NCBI GenBank assembly: GCA_002633005.1
Contig: NMRA01000071.1
Location: 1,011,961 to 1,075,960 of the forward strand
Direction of reading: 5' to 3'
DNA length: 64,000 bases
Origin: Phoronis australis
Lineage: Eukaryota > Animalia > Phoronida
Position 1 is the first letter of the stretch, and each line of letters begins with the position of its first letter. Positions 53,587-64,000 of this stretch are shown here, in pieces. The notes under the pieces are model-generated. The model saw nothing but the letters and a program-made list of their open reading frames with translations, was not told the origin of the DNA and made no database searches. Position numbers and translations under genes: made by a program.

Positions 53587-56415
53587 CTGGTTTACGGGCA
53601 GCAGGTGAGAACATTTCTGACAATCTTTTGATCGTTATGGTACTAAACGGCCTTCCCGAATAATATCCACCATTTGTTTTTGTTCACACGCAACTACACA
53701 AATGCAAGATCCTAGTTGAATTCAGGGCGGCACTCTCAAACTACGCGAACACGGAAGCCATGAGAATCCCTGTAGAACGAGCATGCCCCTCGGCAAGTTC
53801 GCAAGTCACAGGCAGACACTCGATTCTACGCTCTATCGCCCACTGGTATTCGTGCACAAAATACGGGCACACAACTGCAGAATACCACTCGAAAGCCTAA
53901 CTAAAATGCAGGTAATGTCATCAACTAAGACTCAAAGACGAGGCTTGTTTTAAGATGAAGAAAGACGCCGCAACCAACACAGCAAAACTGTCTACAGGTA
54001 ACGACTATTCGTTCACCACAAACACAGACGGGTCAACAGCTAGAAGCAGAAAACATATGGTCGACTGTAGGGCAACTTCTCACAAGGCAAATAGCACTGA
54101 TTGCTGCACCAGCTTGACAAATCCTTAAACCCCGAAAAGCGCTACAAAGGACTTTCCGACGGCAGCAAGAACAACAAACGTGCAACCGCGAAAGGGGAAG
54201 CTACTTTCACAGTGTTAGACTCAGAGGGGATCGAAAGGCAAATTGTCTGCAAAAACGCGCTGCTGGTATTGACGTGCCCAATCAGCCTATTTTCTGTACG
54301 GAAAGCCGTGGCCAACGGTGCTAGCTTCAAGATCTCACAGAAGGAAAATTCGCTCTCACATAACGGGACGAAATTCAACATGTTGCAATTTGATAATACA
54401 TTCTCGAAAAGGCGGGAAAAGTGACCAATCACGCAAGCGTATCACGTACCCTGGATAAATGGCACCTCATTTTCGGACACATGAATCAAAAGGGCATACT
54501 TAGGTTACAAACGGTTTGCCCTGGAATGAACGTGACCAAAACCGGAGATAACTTACGCGAGACCTACCAACGCAACAAAATAACTAAACAGCCAAAGAAC
54601 AAAGATGTCTTCGCTTCACTCGCGACACGACAACTCGAACGAGTCCATACAGACGTCGGCACGCCAGTGACCCCTACATCAAGAGAAGGTTACAAGTACA
54701 TTGCTAATTTTGTAGATGAGTACTCCAGTATGCTGTTTGTTTACTTCAGGCGATTCAACGATGAAACATATGCCGCATTCAAAAGTTTCATCGCTGACGT
54801 CGCACAAATCGGACGAATAACCGAGATACACGGCGGCAAAGGTGGCGAATACGTCGGAGCAAATTTCTGTAAAGTGCTAACCGATAACAGCAAAAAACAA
54901 ACCAATACAGCACCCAACACTCCATTTCAGAACTACAATTCCTAACGTCTGATGGATATGGCTCGTTGTTTGCACCAAGGCGGATCAAGTCCGAAAAACC
55001 TTCGGAAATAGGCCGTGAAACACGCGCAGTCCCTTTGAAACAGAAGTTTTCATTAGAGAAAAAAAAACAGAATTCGATCAAAAACTCGACATGCGACTCA
55101 TACATGCACTCGAAAAACAGTGCACTGCATGCATCGAGGGTCACAAGCAGAATTTCGACAACTGCGGAACCAGGAATTTACATTGGCATCAACACGATTA
55201 ATAAAGGCTACATCGTTCTTTGCAGGAATGGAAGGGTATTGACCTCTCGAAATGTCTTGTTTGGCAAACAAACAACACGTGACGCCGAACCAGACGAAGA
55301 TGATACGTCTATCAAGCCGATAAAGCCCGGTACATCAAAACCGACTGACAGCCGGCACCACGAGGCACCGACTAAGACACCAGAAGTCGAGGATGCGGAG
55401 TCAACTGCACATGAGCGAACACGCAGCTAGCACACAACCGTTACTGATTTCCTCAAACACCCAGCATTTCGTGTGAGCTATAAAGACCCAGGCGTCTACA
55501 TTAACAACGACACAAACGTCTTTATTTTGTTTTGGGTCGACGACATAATTTTGGCAAGTGACAAAACGGAACACAGTACACATATGAAGGAACAAGTAAA
55601 CGAAGGCTTCCGAGTGGACGACCGTGGACCCCTACACTGGTTCCTAGTGGGTATAGATTTCTAGCGCTTACCCGACGGTTCGTAGACGATGAGTTAAGAA
55701 CGTTGTGTTGAGACGACACTCAAACGTTTTGACATGTATGAGTGCAAGCCTGCACCGACACCTGTGGATGCTGGTGCGATACTTGCCAAATAGTCAGACG
55801 AGGAGCACGCTCAGTTTCTCAGACTTGGATTTCCCTACCGTCAACTCGTGGGAAGTCTAATTTATGCCGCAAATGCCTCACCCCCGGACATTTCTTGGAC
55901 ATTGTCAAAATTGTCACTGTTCCTTGACAAAACTGGACCGGCACACGTGACCACCATAAAGCACATATTGCGCTAACTGAAAGGGACCAACAAGCTCTCG
56001 CTTACTTTAAGAACAACGGATAGTCTGTTAACAGGGTACTCCGACTCGGAGTAGGCACGAGACGCCGACGACCGTCAATCTACCTCTGGTTTCAAGTTAT
56101 CTTCACGCTTGGAAGCGCGCCAATCTCCTGGAAGACTTGGAAACAGCCGACAAACGCGTTGTCATCGTGCGAAGCCGCCGAGTACATGTACATGGCACTT
56201 ACTGAAGCCACGAAGGAACTGATGTATATGCGATGTTTGTTATCTGCTTTCGGAATCCCTCAACAGCACATACGATTATTCACTGTCATACGAAGCAACG
56301 ATTGCGTGGATTTTCAGAATGTGAACAGCAAAGCAACTTGGCTGATGCTGATATTTTTACGAAACCGCTCTCGATAGATGGACATTTGAGAGCCGTAGTG
56401 GCTATCCAAGAGGGG

Positions 56416-56584
56416 TGTTGATTTGAAGCGCTCCCATGACCAGACACTAATTATCATTTCGGACTCATATATCACTGCAGAGCATGCGCAGTGTCTTTTA
56501 TGTCTGTACACGTTTCATAGTGTGTAGTTTGTAGACATGTATTGTATAGCTCACAATAAATCAGTGATGGATCACAAATCAACA
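56416..56584 (+). repeat. 3' LTR of copia element
   Basis: Direct repeat of 52645-52813, preceded by a purine tract. Confidence 0.93.
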
Positions 56585-57922
56585 TTACGTCCTAGGGGCT
56601 TTCACGCTACCGGTAGCCCTTGATATAACTTATCAACCTACCAGATTTTAGACGGATCCTCCAGGGGCCAAAAAATACGACTAAACACAATTAAAAGAAC
56701 AGTCGCTGATTGCACGGTGATGGAAATTAGAAAGCACTTTACCCAAGTCTGGAAGTCTAGCACATTTTCGTGTCACTCATTGGTGTGGGAAAGGCAAAGA
56801 ATTTCAGATCACGCATCCACAGGTATTTGTCCAATTTATCAAACCTCAGATTAGCAGCCCATTTCACAGCAGTAATACTCCGTTGGTGTTGGATATACGG
56901 ATAGAACAATGCAATAGACAAAAAATGTTGATAATCAGACAACAACAAATAACATGTGAAACCCCAGTGGCGTGAAAACAAATCACCAAATGTACCTGAA
57001 GGATGTTTACGGCATTGTGGTTAAATAGAGTGTCACTGTGTAATTTGCGACGGGTGTTGTCGGACAATTTCGAATTAAATCACTCCACGTATAGATCTCG
57101 ACCACTCGATCGATACGCGGATTAAATTCTAGTGGGATGTTACTTCATCTACATGTACATGTGCATCACTTTCGATACAATTCGTTTGTTTATGCCGACC
57201 CATTGGGACCAATGCGGTTTTTGACTGCGATTGTTGTTTTGCAAATTGACCTGGTCAGGTGAAATACTTTTCGACAGTATTATGAGAATTTTCAAGTTTA
57301 TTCTGACTGGGTGTACTCTCTCCACTCTCACACTCTCCTAAGTCATCCCCTGGACCCCAGGACTACTGCTAGGTAAAAAACAATGAGAATAGGCGTGGGA
57401 GCTTACGAAAGTGCTGACAGTTGGTGAACTACAAAAAGTGTGAAATCTCCATTCTCCGGGTCACGGGCAAAATTAACGTTGACCAACCAGTGAAGTTAGT
57501 CGTGACCCAAGTATTATGTTTTAGCTTGCAATACTCTTGGACAATATTTTTTTCGTCACTGGACGACAAAAATCTCCGTGACCGCCAGGGTAAAACACAG
57601 GTAATATTCTTGGACCGCCCACGCCTGGATTAACAAGTGACACAGCAAGGCAACATGTGATATTCTTGTCAGAGCACTCTGCAGTCTCATATATAGTGTA
57701 CAGAGGGAAACAAGGGCATTTGAGACGCGTTTCTGCTGACTGCCTACTTGGTAAATGCCATGAAATCAAACAGCATCTTATTGTGATTCTAAAGAGCAGT
57801 TGGAAGCCGTGTAAGTATTGCTTACACGGTATTTGTGCTTAGCAACACGATGTTTGAGTACAATGACTGACCACAAACAGCAAGTCATGTCGACAATGCA
57901 CTTTAAACGTCATACGTTTTAC

Positions 57923-58252
57923 CTGTATTTGGACAAATAGGAATGACGCAGTAGTCCCATGTGGCTTCTTTTTTGTCTGTGAAGCACCACGGCCCTTTCG
58001 TGTCTCGGTCGATATTTCTACAGTAGTTGCTGTTCTTGTCAGACGAACTCATGCGGTTAAAATCATCAAACGTTTTGGCAACAATATCCAATGTATTTCC
58101 CTGCTTTCCGATGAAATAAGCGACAATTTTTTGTAACGCCAAGCCTATGTAAATGTCATCCCATTTAACACACTGTTGACCAAAAGCAGCCCAAGACATT
58201 TTCCCTTCGTAGCCTATGCCGTATTGGTCGGAAAGACACGAAATATCCGGAA
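57923..58252 (-). CDS. Kringle-domain exon (phase 1-1) with a long loop insertion
   Basis: C...GIGYEGKMS...GQQCVKW...NYCRNIDRDTKGPWCFT......WDYCVIPIC. Acceptor actttcag|, donor |gtaaaa, 330 bp open. Confidence 0.9.
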
Positions 58253-59102
58253 CTGAAAGTGTCAATAGCGTTGTACACATTATCTGGAGAGCATTCTATT
58301 GACTAAGGTTCCGGCCAGAAAAGCAAGAACTTAGCGCCTTCAAAGCAAGTGTTTCACATCAGTCAAGTACAGCCCATGTATGCCTCTGAACTTACTAGGT
58401 CATACTCGCAAAATACTGGTCATTGATATTTTTGCGGTCCCAGGAGCTCAGCTATTCGCCGCCAGCGCAAGGAAACGTTACACGGCCTTCAGAGCGTACT
58501 TCCTTTTGCACTCTAGTTGTACTCTTGTATAACTGTCGAAATAACTTCGATAAAGGGAAGGAAAAAATATAACATATTTCTTAATTCATAGAATTCCTTA
58601 TTACAATTTAGCATTCCAATCGCATCGACCAATCACATCAGTGGTCGCCATTTTGTTAAGTAAGGCGAATGATAGCTTAACATTTTCCTTTCGCTCGCGG
58701 CTGCACTTCGTGACTGGACTGTATTTGTTATGTGAGCCTTTAAAGCTATGCTCATTTTTCTTATACAGAATAGTTGCCAAACACATCTGTCACGCCAGTT
58801 TTAAATTTTAAGCGTTTTCTACGACTGCAGTTTCCAAACATTTTCGAAAGAAGGTGTAATTGTGTGATTTTGGTGAATTGGTTGGGTATCTATGACAGGC
58901 CGATGTGCAAGAAGAGCTGCAGTAATAACAAAACCCAGTCGACTGTAATGTCGCAAGTTAAGCACACCGTGTAAAAACACAGGACCACGTTCTTAGGCAA
59001 ACGTATAACGTATTATACCACAATATTAGCCTCGAATGGCAGATACAACCGTGTAATAACCCATAAAGTTATGTCACTAGTGAGATAACATTTTGGCGGG
59101 AA

Positions 59103-59171
59103 ACCGAGGCCAGATTCGAACCCGGGCCTCCACAGTTGCGAGTCGACGACTTTACCACTACACCACTCAGC
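59103..59171 (-). mobile_element. tRNA-derived SINE head or tRNA pseudogene
   Basis: Pol III A box TGGTGTAGTGG, B box GGTTCGAATC and T-stem CCGGG/CTGG. The anticodon stem does not pair, so it is not a functional tRNA. Confidence 0.65.
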
Positions 59172-61275
59172 GGCTGACGTCATCGAACGTGAAAATAGAA
59201 TACTTAAATGAGCACGCGCAACAATCGCATGTTCAGCAAAGAGCATTGCACTGAGAATTATACGCTATGAAAAATAAGACGCATAAACGATATTTTAATT
59301 CAGTGAAATTTTTCTCTCGTGTTCTCTCACTTGTAAATCACCGATCTCCAATTTGAATGCAGGTGTCGTGTGGTCGGGATCCTTTGACTTGAGCATTATA
59401 GTCAGTTACTAGTGGTAACCTACTTTAGCAGACGATATTTTCCGGTCGAAGCTTAGCGTAATAAGATGTGTAGTAAGCTATAACAGTTGCTAAACCTTAA
59501 TTTATAGATTCACTTTATTTCTATTTCGTTTTATTTTCAATTGGTTTTGAGTAAAAGCATTATTTTACAAAAATATCTCGGTTTTTCTTAAAAGGTCACG
59601 ACCTCCGACCCCGGGCCTCTGACATAGAAAGTAGTTACAAAGCCGAGGCGAGTCGAGAACGGTAGATCGATTCACTGCAATGTTTCTCGTTCAGTATGTG
59701 GTATAAATAGATTATTACATGTTCTCAGTCGTTATCCCCCTTCTCTAGAGCCCTCTTGGATTTTGTAGAAATATATCCTTCGGGGCTAACAACAATTCTG
59801 CACTTGGGCTCTAGATTACCGGGGATAACGACTTCGCCATATAATAATCTGTATATATCGGTTAAATTATGAATTATAACTGTGAATAGCACGTACGCGT
59901 ACAATAAGGCATTCACATTTATATCTGATCACAAGTCTCCCCCTGCTTTGAAAACAAACAATCGTTTAGATAATATTCGGACAGAATGTGAACTAAAATG
60001 ATAGGAAAAACGCTACATACCATAGTCCAGATTCTACACTTGAAGGCCGCTTTTGTGAGAAAGAAGCACTCAACTGGAGAAGTTTGTAATGACACGTAAA
60101 TAAATATAACTTTTACCCCTTGGAACGCTACGTACATGTATTGTGTTCTTACTCCAAAGGGCTCGGAATGGGCGCAAAGCCGTTTACTAAATTAAATATT
60201 CAAATTTGCGCCGTTGTGGGTAAAAACTGACCGAATAAAATCTTCCTTTAGTAATCTAAATTATTATCGGCGTTGCAAAAATTGCTTTTCTACATTTTTT
60301 CTGCTGCTAAAATCGTGGTCTTATCTTTTGCGTCGACTTTCGGCGCAATGAAACATTGCGTCACCTATTACCCAGTATCTTTTTTCCCAGATTCTTCAAT
60401 CACACGTTCTCTCCCGAGGTTGCCTAAACGTCACAATAAATGATTAGAATTGATTTCATTTCATTATATGTTTTTGGAATTTGATATCCGTGAACCGAAT
60501 TTTAGAACAAATTTGCTGCGAGGTTGATGGGAGATGTTGAAAAAAATCTGGAAGTGGCGCGTGTCACGAAGCCACTACTTTCAAAACAACTACATACATT
60601 TCTTTGTTACGAATAGAGAGAATTACGCAAGAAAATGACGTCGGATATTTTCGCTTAAACGGCCCTAAGGGTCAAGGTGAATGTCAATTGAGTTCCAGAT
60701 TTTGCATGCACACCCGACGGTTTTTATCTCATGTTGATACAAGCTTTAAGGCGAGGTGAAGAGCGTAATTATTCGAGCTGTGTGCGATTTCGAGGTCTGT
60801 CGGAGCTCAATATTCAATGATACCTTGCTGTATTTTGACTATAGTCTTCATGCAGCTAGCTGGAAAAATAGGAAGACTCTAGCTTCATAAAATTTTTTAC
60901 TCCGAAAGTTACAACAAATTCTGAATGTTGATGGATCATGGATGACACTATAACCGATCACATTCTTCCGTTTTTATGCGCCCATTAATCTCTGCACTAT
61001 TTTGAAGGCGAAGGCAACCTTTTTCCATGTCATTTTGAGCTAAAATTACACGTCCGCTACTCCGGAAGTGACATTTTAGGAGGCAAGCGTTTCCCGCCAC
61101 TTGGTTTTGCGTTGACTTTCCCATGCGAATCTGTTCTATTCTACTTTTGTTTTGTGCTGTTTGTCAACATATGTCGCCACCACTTTCCATCGGCGAGTAT
61201 TCTGCGGCAAGATAGGTTAGTAGAGAACTCAACTACGTTGGATTTAGGTATAGTTTAGTGTGTTGTAAGCTGAAA

Positions 61276-61671
61276 ATGGCTGGAGTCGGTGACCCGTATC
61301 ACAGTGACAGCAGTGTGAGCAACAGAGACCTTGTTCACAGCAGTGGTGACGAGGAATTTTTTCACGTACATTCAGTGGGTGGGTACAAGTTTGAAACCGA
61401 GTATAACGAGGCAGAGTACGCACAGGCACAGGCAGCTGTTGAGAGAAACGAGGCGGCTACTGAGGACAGACGTGGTGACACATCTTGGTGCAAATGCACT
61501 GTGTGCGTTGTTATGCCTACCTCAATGGAATGCTTGTGCTGTTCAGAGTTCGACGAGGCCAAGCCACTACTGGACACGGTTAAGTGGACCTCCGGCATAC
61601 CATGTACAGAGGAACAACTGTCCCACTTGCCAGAGTGTCCTGCGACACACTCCCACTGGATGGTAACCTGA
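61276..61671 (+). pseudogene. KolX / P2X7 cytoplasmic-ballast-like (nanor-like) Cys-rich protein, 3'-truncated
   Basis: MAGVGD...GGYKFETEY...RRGDTSWCKCTVCVVMPTSMECLCCSE matches the WCxCxxC.xM....ECxCCxE signature. Homology ends at ~61583; the rest is antisense transposase. Confidence 0.85.
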
Positions 61672-62370
61672 GCATCCAAACTGCTTACATCGTGTCATGT
61701 GACTCCCTCGCCACACACCTGGCACCTTCTAAATAGCTCCAACACATTAGACAAGTCCACAATAAACTTATCAAAGTTTGGCTCACCGATCTGTTCACTG
61801 GACGACGAACTGTCCTCTTCAATGGGTGTCGAACTGAGCCTGTAATCACTCCCACTACTCAATATCGCTGCAGGGCTGCTAAGAGGCTCTGGGCTGGAGA
61901 AAACAGCACAGGCCGAATCACTACTGGTTCCAGGAATTGCACGCTCTGGGGGTACGTTCGGAGGCACGGGTGACAGTAGATGAAGTGCCTCCACTGGCTC
62001 CAGTCACTGTACTGGCCACAGCTCGCGAGGCTTCTCGCTTCAAAAACGCACTTCTCGGGGGTGGCGACGGGGCACTGCCGGGAATCAACACAGACGGAAT
62101 GGCATCCATCGTCAGACGTTGTTTCGCAGGGACCTTCATCAGTTCAGCGTACATATCCCTTTCGTAATCGGACGGCAGAAAGTGCTTGCCACACACACGG
62201 TAATTCTCCACTGCTTTGTACGTTGCGTGGACGGGTAACGCTGCTTTCTTCACACGAACGAGCCAAGTACGGCCAAGTGTGTCATCCATGGGAAAGCGAT
62301 GCAAAGGTACTCCCAAAGCGCGCGTGAGCCGATAATTAGTACATCCTGGTACGCAGCAACAGTGTGGCAT
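61582..62370 (-). pseudogene. THAP-containing Kolobok transposase, N-terminal part only
   Basis: Intact THAP MPHCCCVPGC...LHRFP...W...RVCGKHF...AIPS. After a frameshift: KFIVDLSNVLELFRRCQVCG (stop) ...WECVAGHSGKWDS...MPEVHL, a Cys/His region like that preceding the Kolobok catalytic domain. The DDE domain is missing. Confidence 0.85.
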
Positions 62371-64000
62371 GTTGACTGACTAGTAAATGAAAGCAAACGA
62401 CGACGAAACTTAACACAACCGAGGTAGAACAATGACTGACTCGGCAGCTCTCAGAGTCAGACTATATGAAAAGAAATTGGCGCGAAATGCCTCCGTCCTA
62501 AAACGTCACTTCCGGAGTAGCTGACGAGTAATTAATAGAATTACGAAAAGCTGCAATTAAGTGGAAAATATGTCTAGGATAACCAACCAACCTTATTTGA
62601 GGTCAAAGTGACATGGGAAAAGGTTGCCTTCGCCTTTAAAACCATTTTTTATAATTTTATTAAAAAAAAAATTGTTCTACTGCTGTACCAACATATTAAG
62701 AAATTATACAAAAATAAACAATAATTATCTGTGGTAAAGCGCAATATACAGCGTGATGAAATGATAATCAAGAGCAATAACAGATGAGCGTGAATGCGTG
62801 TTGCTTATTGAGAATTCCGCGGCTTGAAAACATTTGACATCGCAAAACAGCCAGCGTTGAATTCTAATTTTTGTGCAGTTTTAAGAGTAAAATTTCAAAT
62901 TTCTTACTTGTTTTTATGCATAATGTACTGTATAAAAAGTCTCATAATGATGCTTCCGCGATATCACCTAACGTTTGATTTTACTACGCGATCAGTAATT
63001 CAAAATAAAGTTTACGTTGGTGTAATTTCACGCAGTTCGTATTTGTAGGTTGATTCAATTTTACCATCTTTTAATAGCTGAACAACAGTTGATCAATCGA
63101 TATCAAGACCGGAATTGCCGCTGGTGAACGAACAACGGACAATTTTAATGTTTGTTTGGCCAAAGTTAACCCACTAAGTCATAAAATGGTAATTGCCGAC
63201 CAAGGACACGTCTACGCTAGGCGACCACTTAGCCGACCCAAGTGCCAACCACAGAGGCGACTCAGCAGACGGCTCCTAGTCGACCGTTGTTGGTCGACTG
63301 CTGGTCTTCTAGACCAATTTCCGACAGGTCGGACAAAAATTCGTGATGTATGTTGTATATCCAGGAGACGTGCCGCTCTCTGGAGTGGAACTTACACTAC
63401 TGTGTGGCGTCCCAATCAGCCTTTTCAGTATTGAAAAATGACCACGGGTAACTTTGTGATATTGTAATATGACTCGGATAGTTTTTAATGGGGTCTAAAC
63501 TTAATGTGAACTAAATTTTACTGCGAACAATGACAACATTGGGTTCAGTGACTACCGGACATAGAACAATTGTTAGCGTGTGATAACGTACATGTATTTA
63601 GCTCCCTTGTTAACTGCCGAGCACAGTTTTTTGCTGCATGGCAACAGGCAGGCCTAATATCTACCAGGCTCATTACCAACCAAATGTGAACACAGTCAAA
63701 CCAATTGCTACATGTTCGTTCGGACATGATAGGTTGACTTAACTTCGGTTGCAGTCGAGTGATTTTGGTGATTCAAAAACTATAAGCATGATTACTATTC
63801 GATGGGGAATTCAGAAATGTTATTGGTTGATGTTCAAACATTTTAAAAGTTAACTTATTTTTAACAGCACAGCTAGATACGATTTTATCGTAGATTACAA
63901 CAATTGTGGAACAAATAAGATGAACCTCCAAACCTGAATAACAGAATTTACTATTTTATAGTCTAAGATAATGGCTACAGCGGTCATCCGCCAAACTTCT

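Larger units (their letters stand above)
52645..56584 (+). mobile_element. Ty1/copia LTR retrotransposon, degenerate
   Basis: 169-bp LTRs (TGTTGA...TCAACA) at 52645-52813 and 56416-56584. PBS GGTTATGGGCCCA and purine tract AAGAGGGG. Domain order gag, protease, integrase (WHLIFGH, ERVHTD, FVDEYS, TAPNTPFQN), RT (FWVDDII), RNase H (SSCEAAEYM). Many stops; RT N-terminus deleted. Confidence 0.95.
61006..62635. mobile_element. Internally deleted Kolobok DNA transposon (1630 bp)
   Basis: ~45-bp TIRs AGGCGAAGGCAACCTTTT(T/C)CCATGTCA with flanks TTGA/TTAA. Subterminal inverted motif CTACTCCGGAAGTGAC. Convergent KolX-like and THAP-transposase ORFs. Confidence 0.9.

Noticed and set aside
57521-57678. 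In-phase candidate exon after the 58-kb kringle (ECSDKNITCC...)
   Set aside because: Weak acceptor context and no recognisable domain; cannot be distinguished from chance.
59103-59171. Functional tRNA gene
   Set aside because: Anticodon stem unpaired and acceptor stem imperfect; called a SINE head or pseudogene instead.

Overview
Eukaryotic, AT-rich (roughly 37-39% GC by eye), intron-rich animal genomic DNA, probably a marine invertebrate. No operons, rRNA or CRISPR. Two host genes are visible as scattered exons and face each other. The first is the 3' part of a transmembrane semaphorin (+ strand; Sema C-terminus, PSI and a probable TM exon, 6.7-11.9 kb). The second is a kringle-domain gene (- strand; two phase 1-1 kringle exons at 58 and 44.6 kb, plus a candidate GPI-signal last exon at 42.6 kb). 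Most of the rest is transposon debris: a Penelope-like retroelement, a LINE fragment, a P-element/THAP9-like transposase pseudogene, a decayed ISL2EU-type element (THAP transposase plus YqaJ), a Ty1/copia element with both LTRs, Harbinger-type MITEs, a Helentron-associated element and a tRNA-derived SINE head. The most notable items are: (1) two unrelated, internally deleted TTAA-targeting Kolobok-type elements, each keeping a convergent THAP and KolX (P2X7-ballast-like) gene pair; (2) a periodic array of CTCF-consensus-like motifs inside the Helentron-type element; (3) a multi-level nest of transposons at 32.6-39.1 kb; (4) repeated TA-to-TACATGTA footprints; (5) atypical loop-expanded kringles. 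All family assignments come from motif recognition by eye, with no database search.
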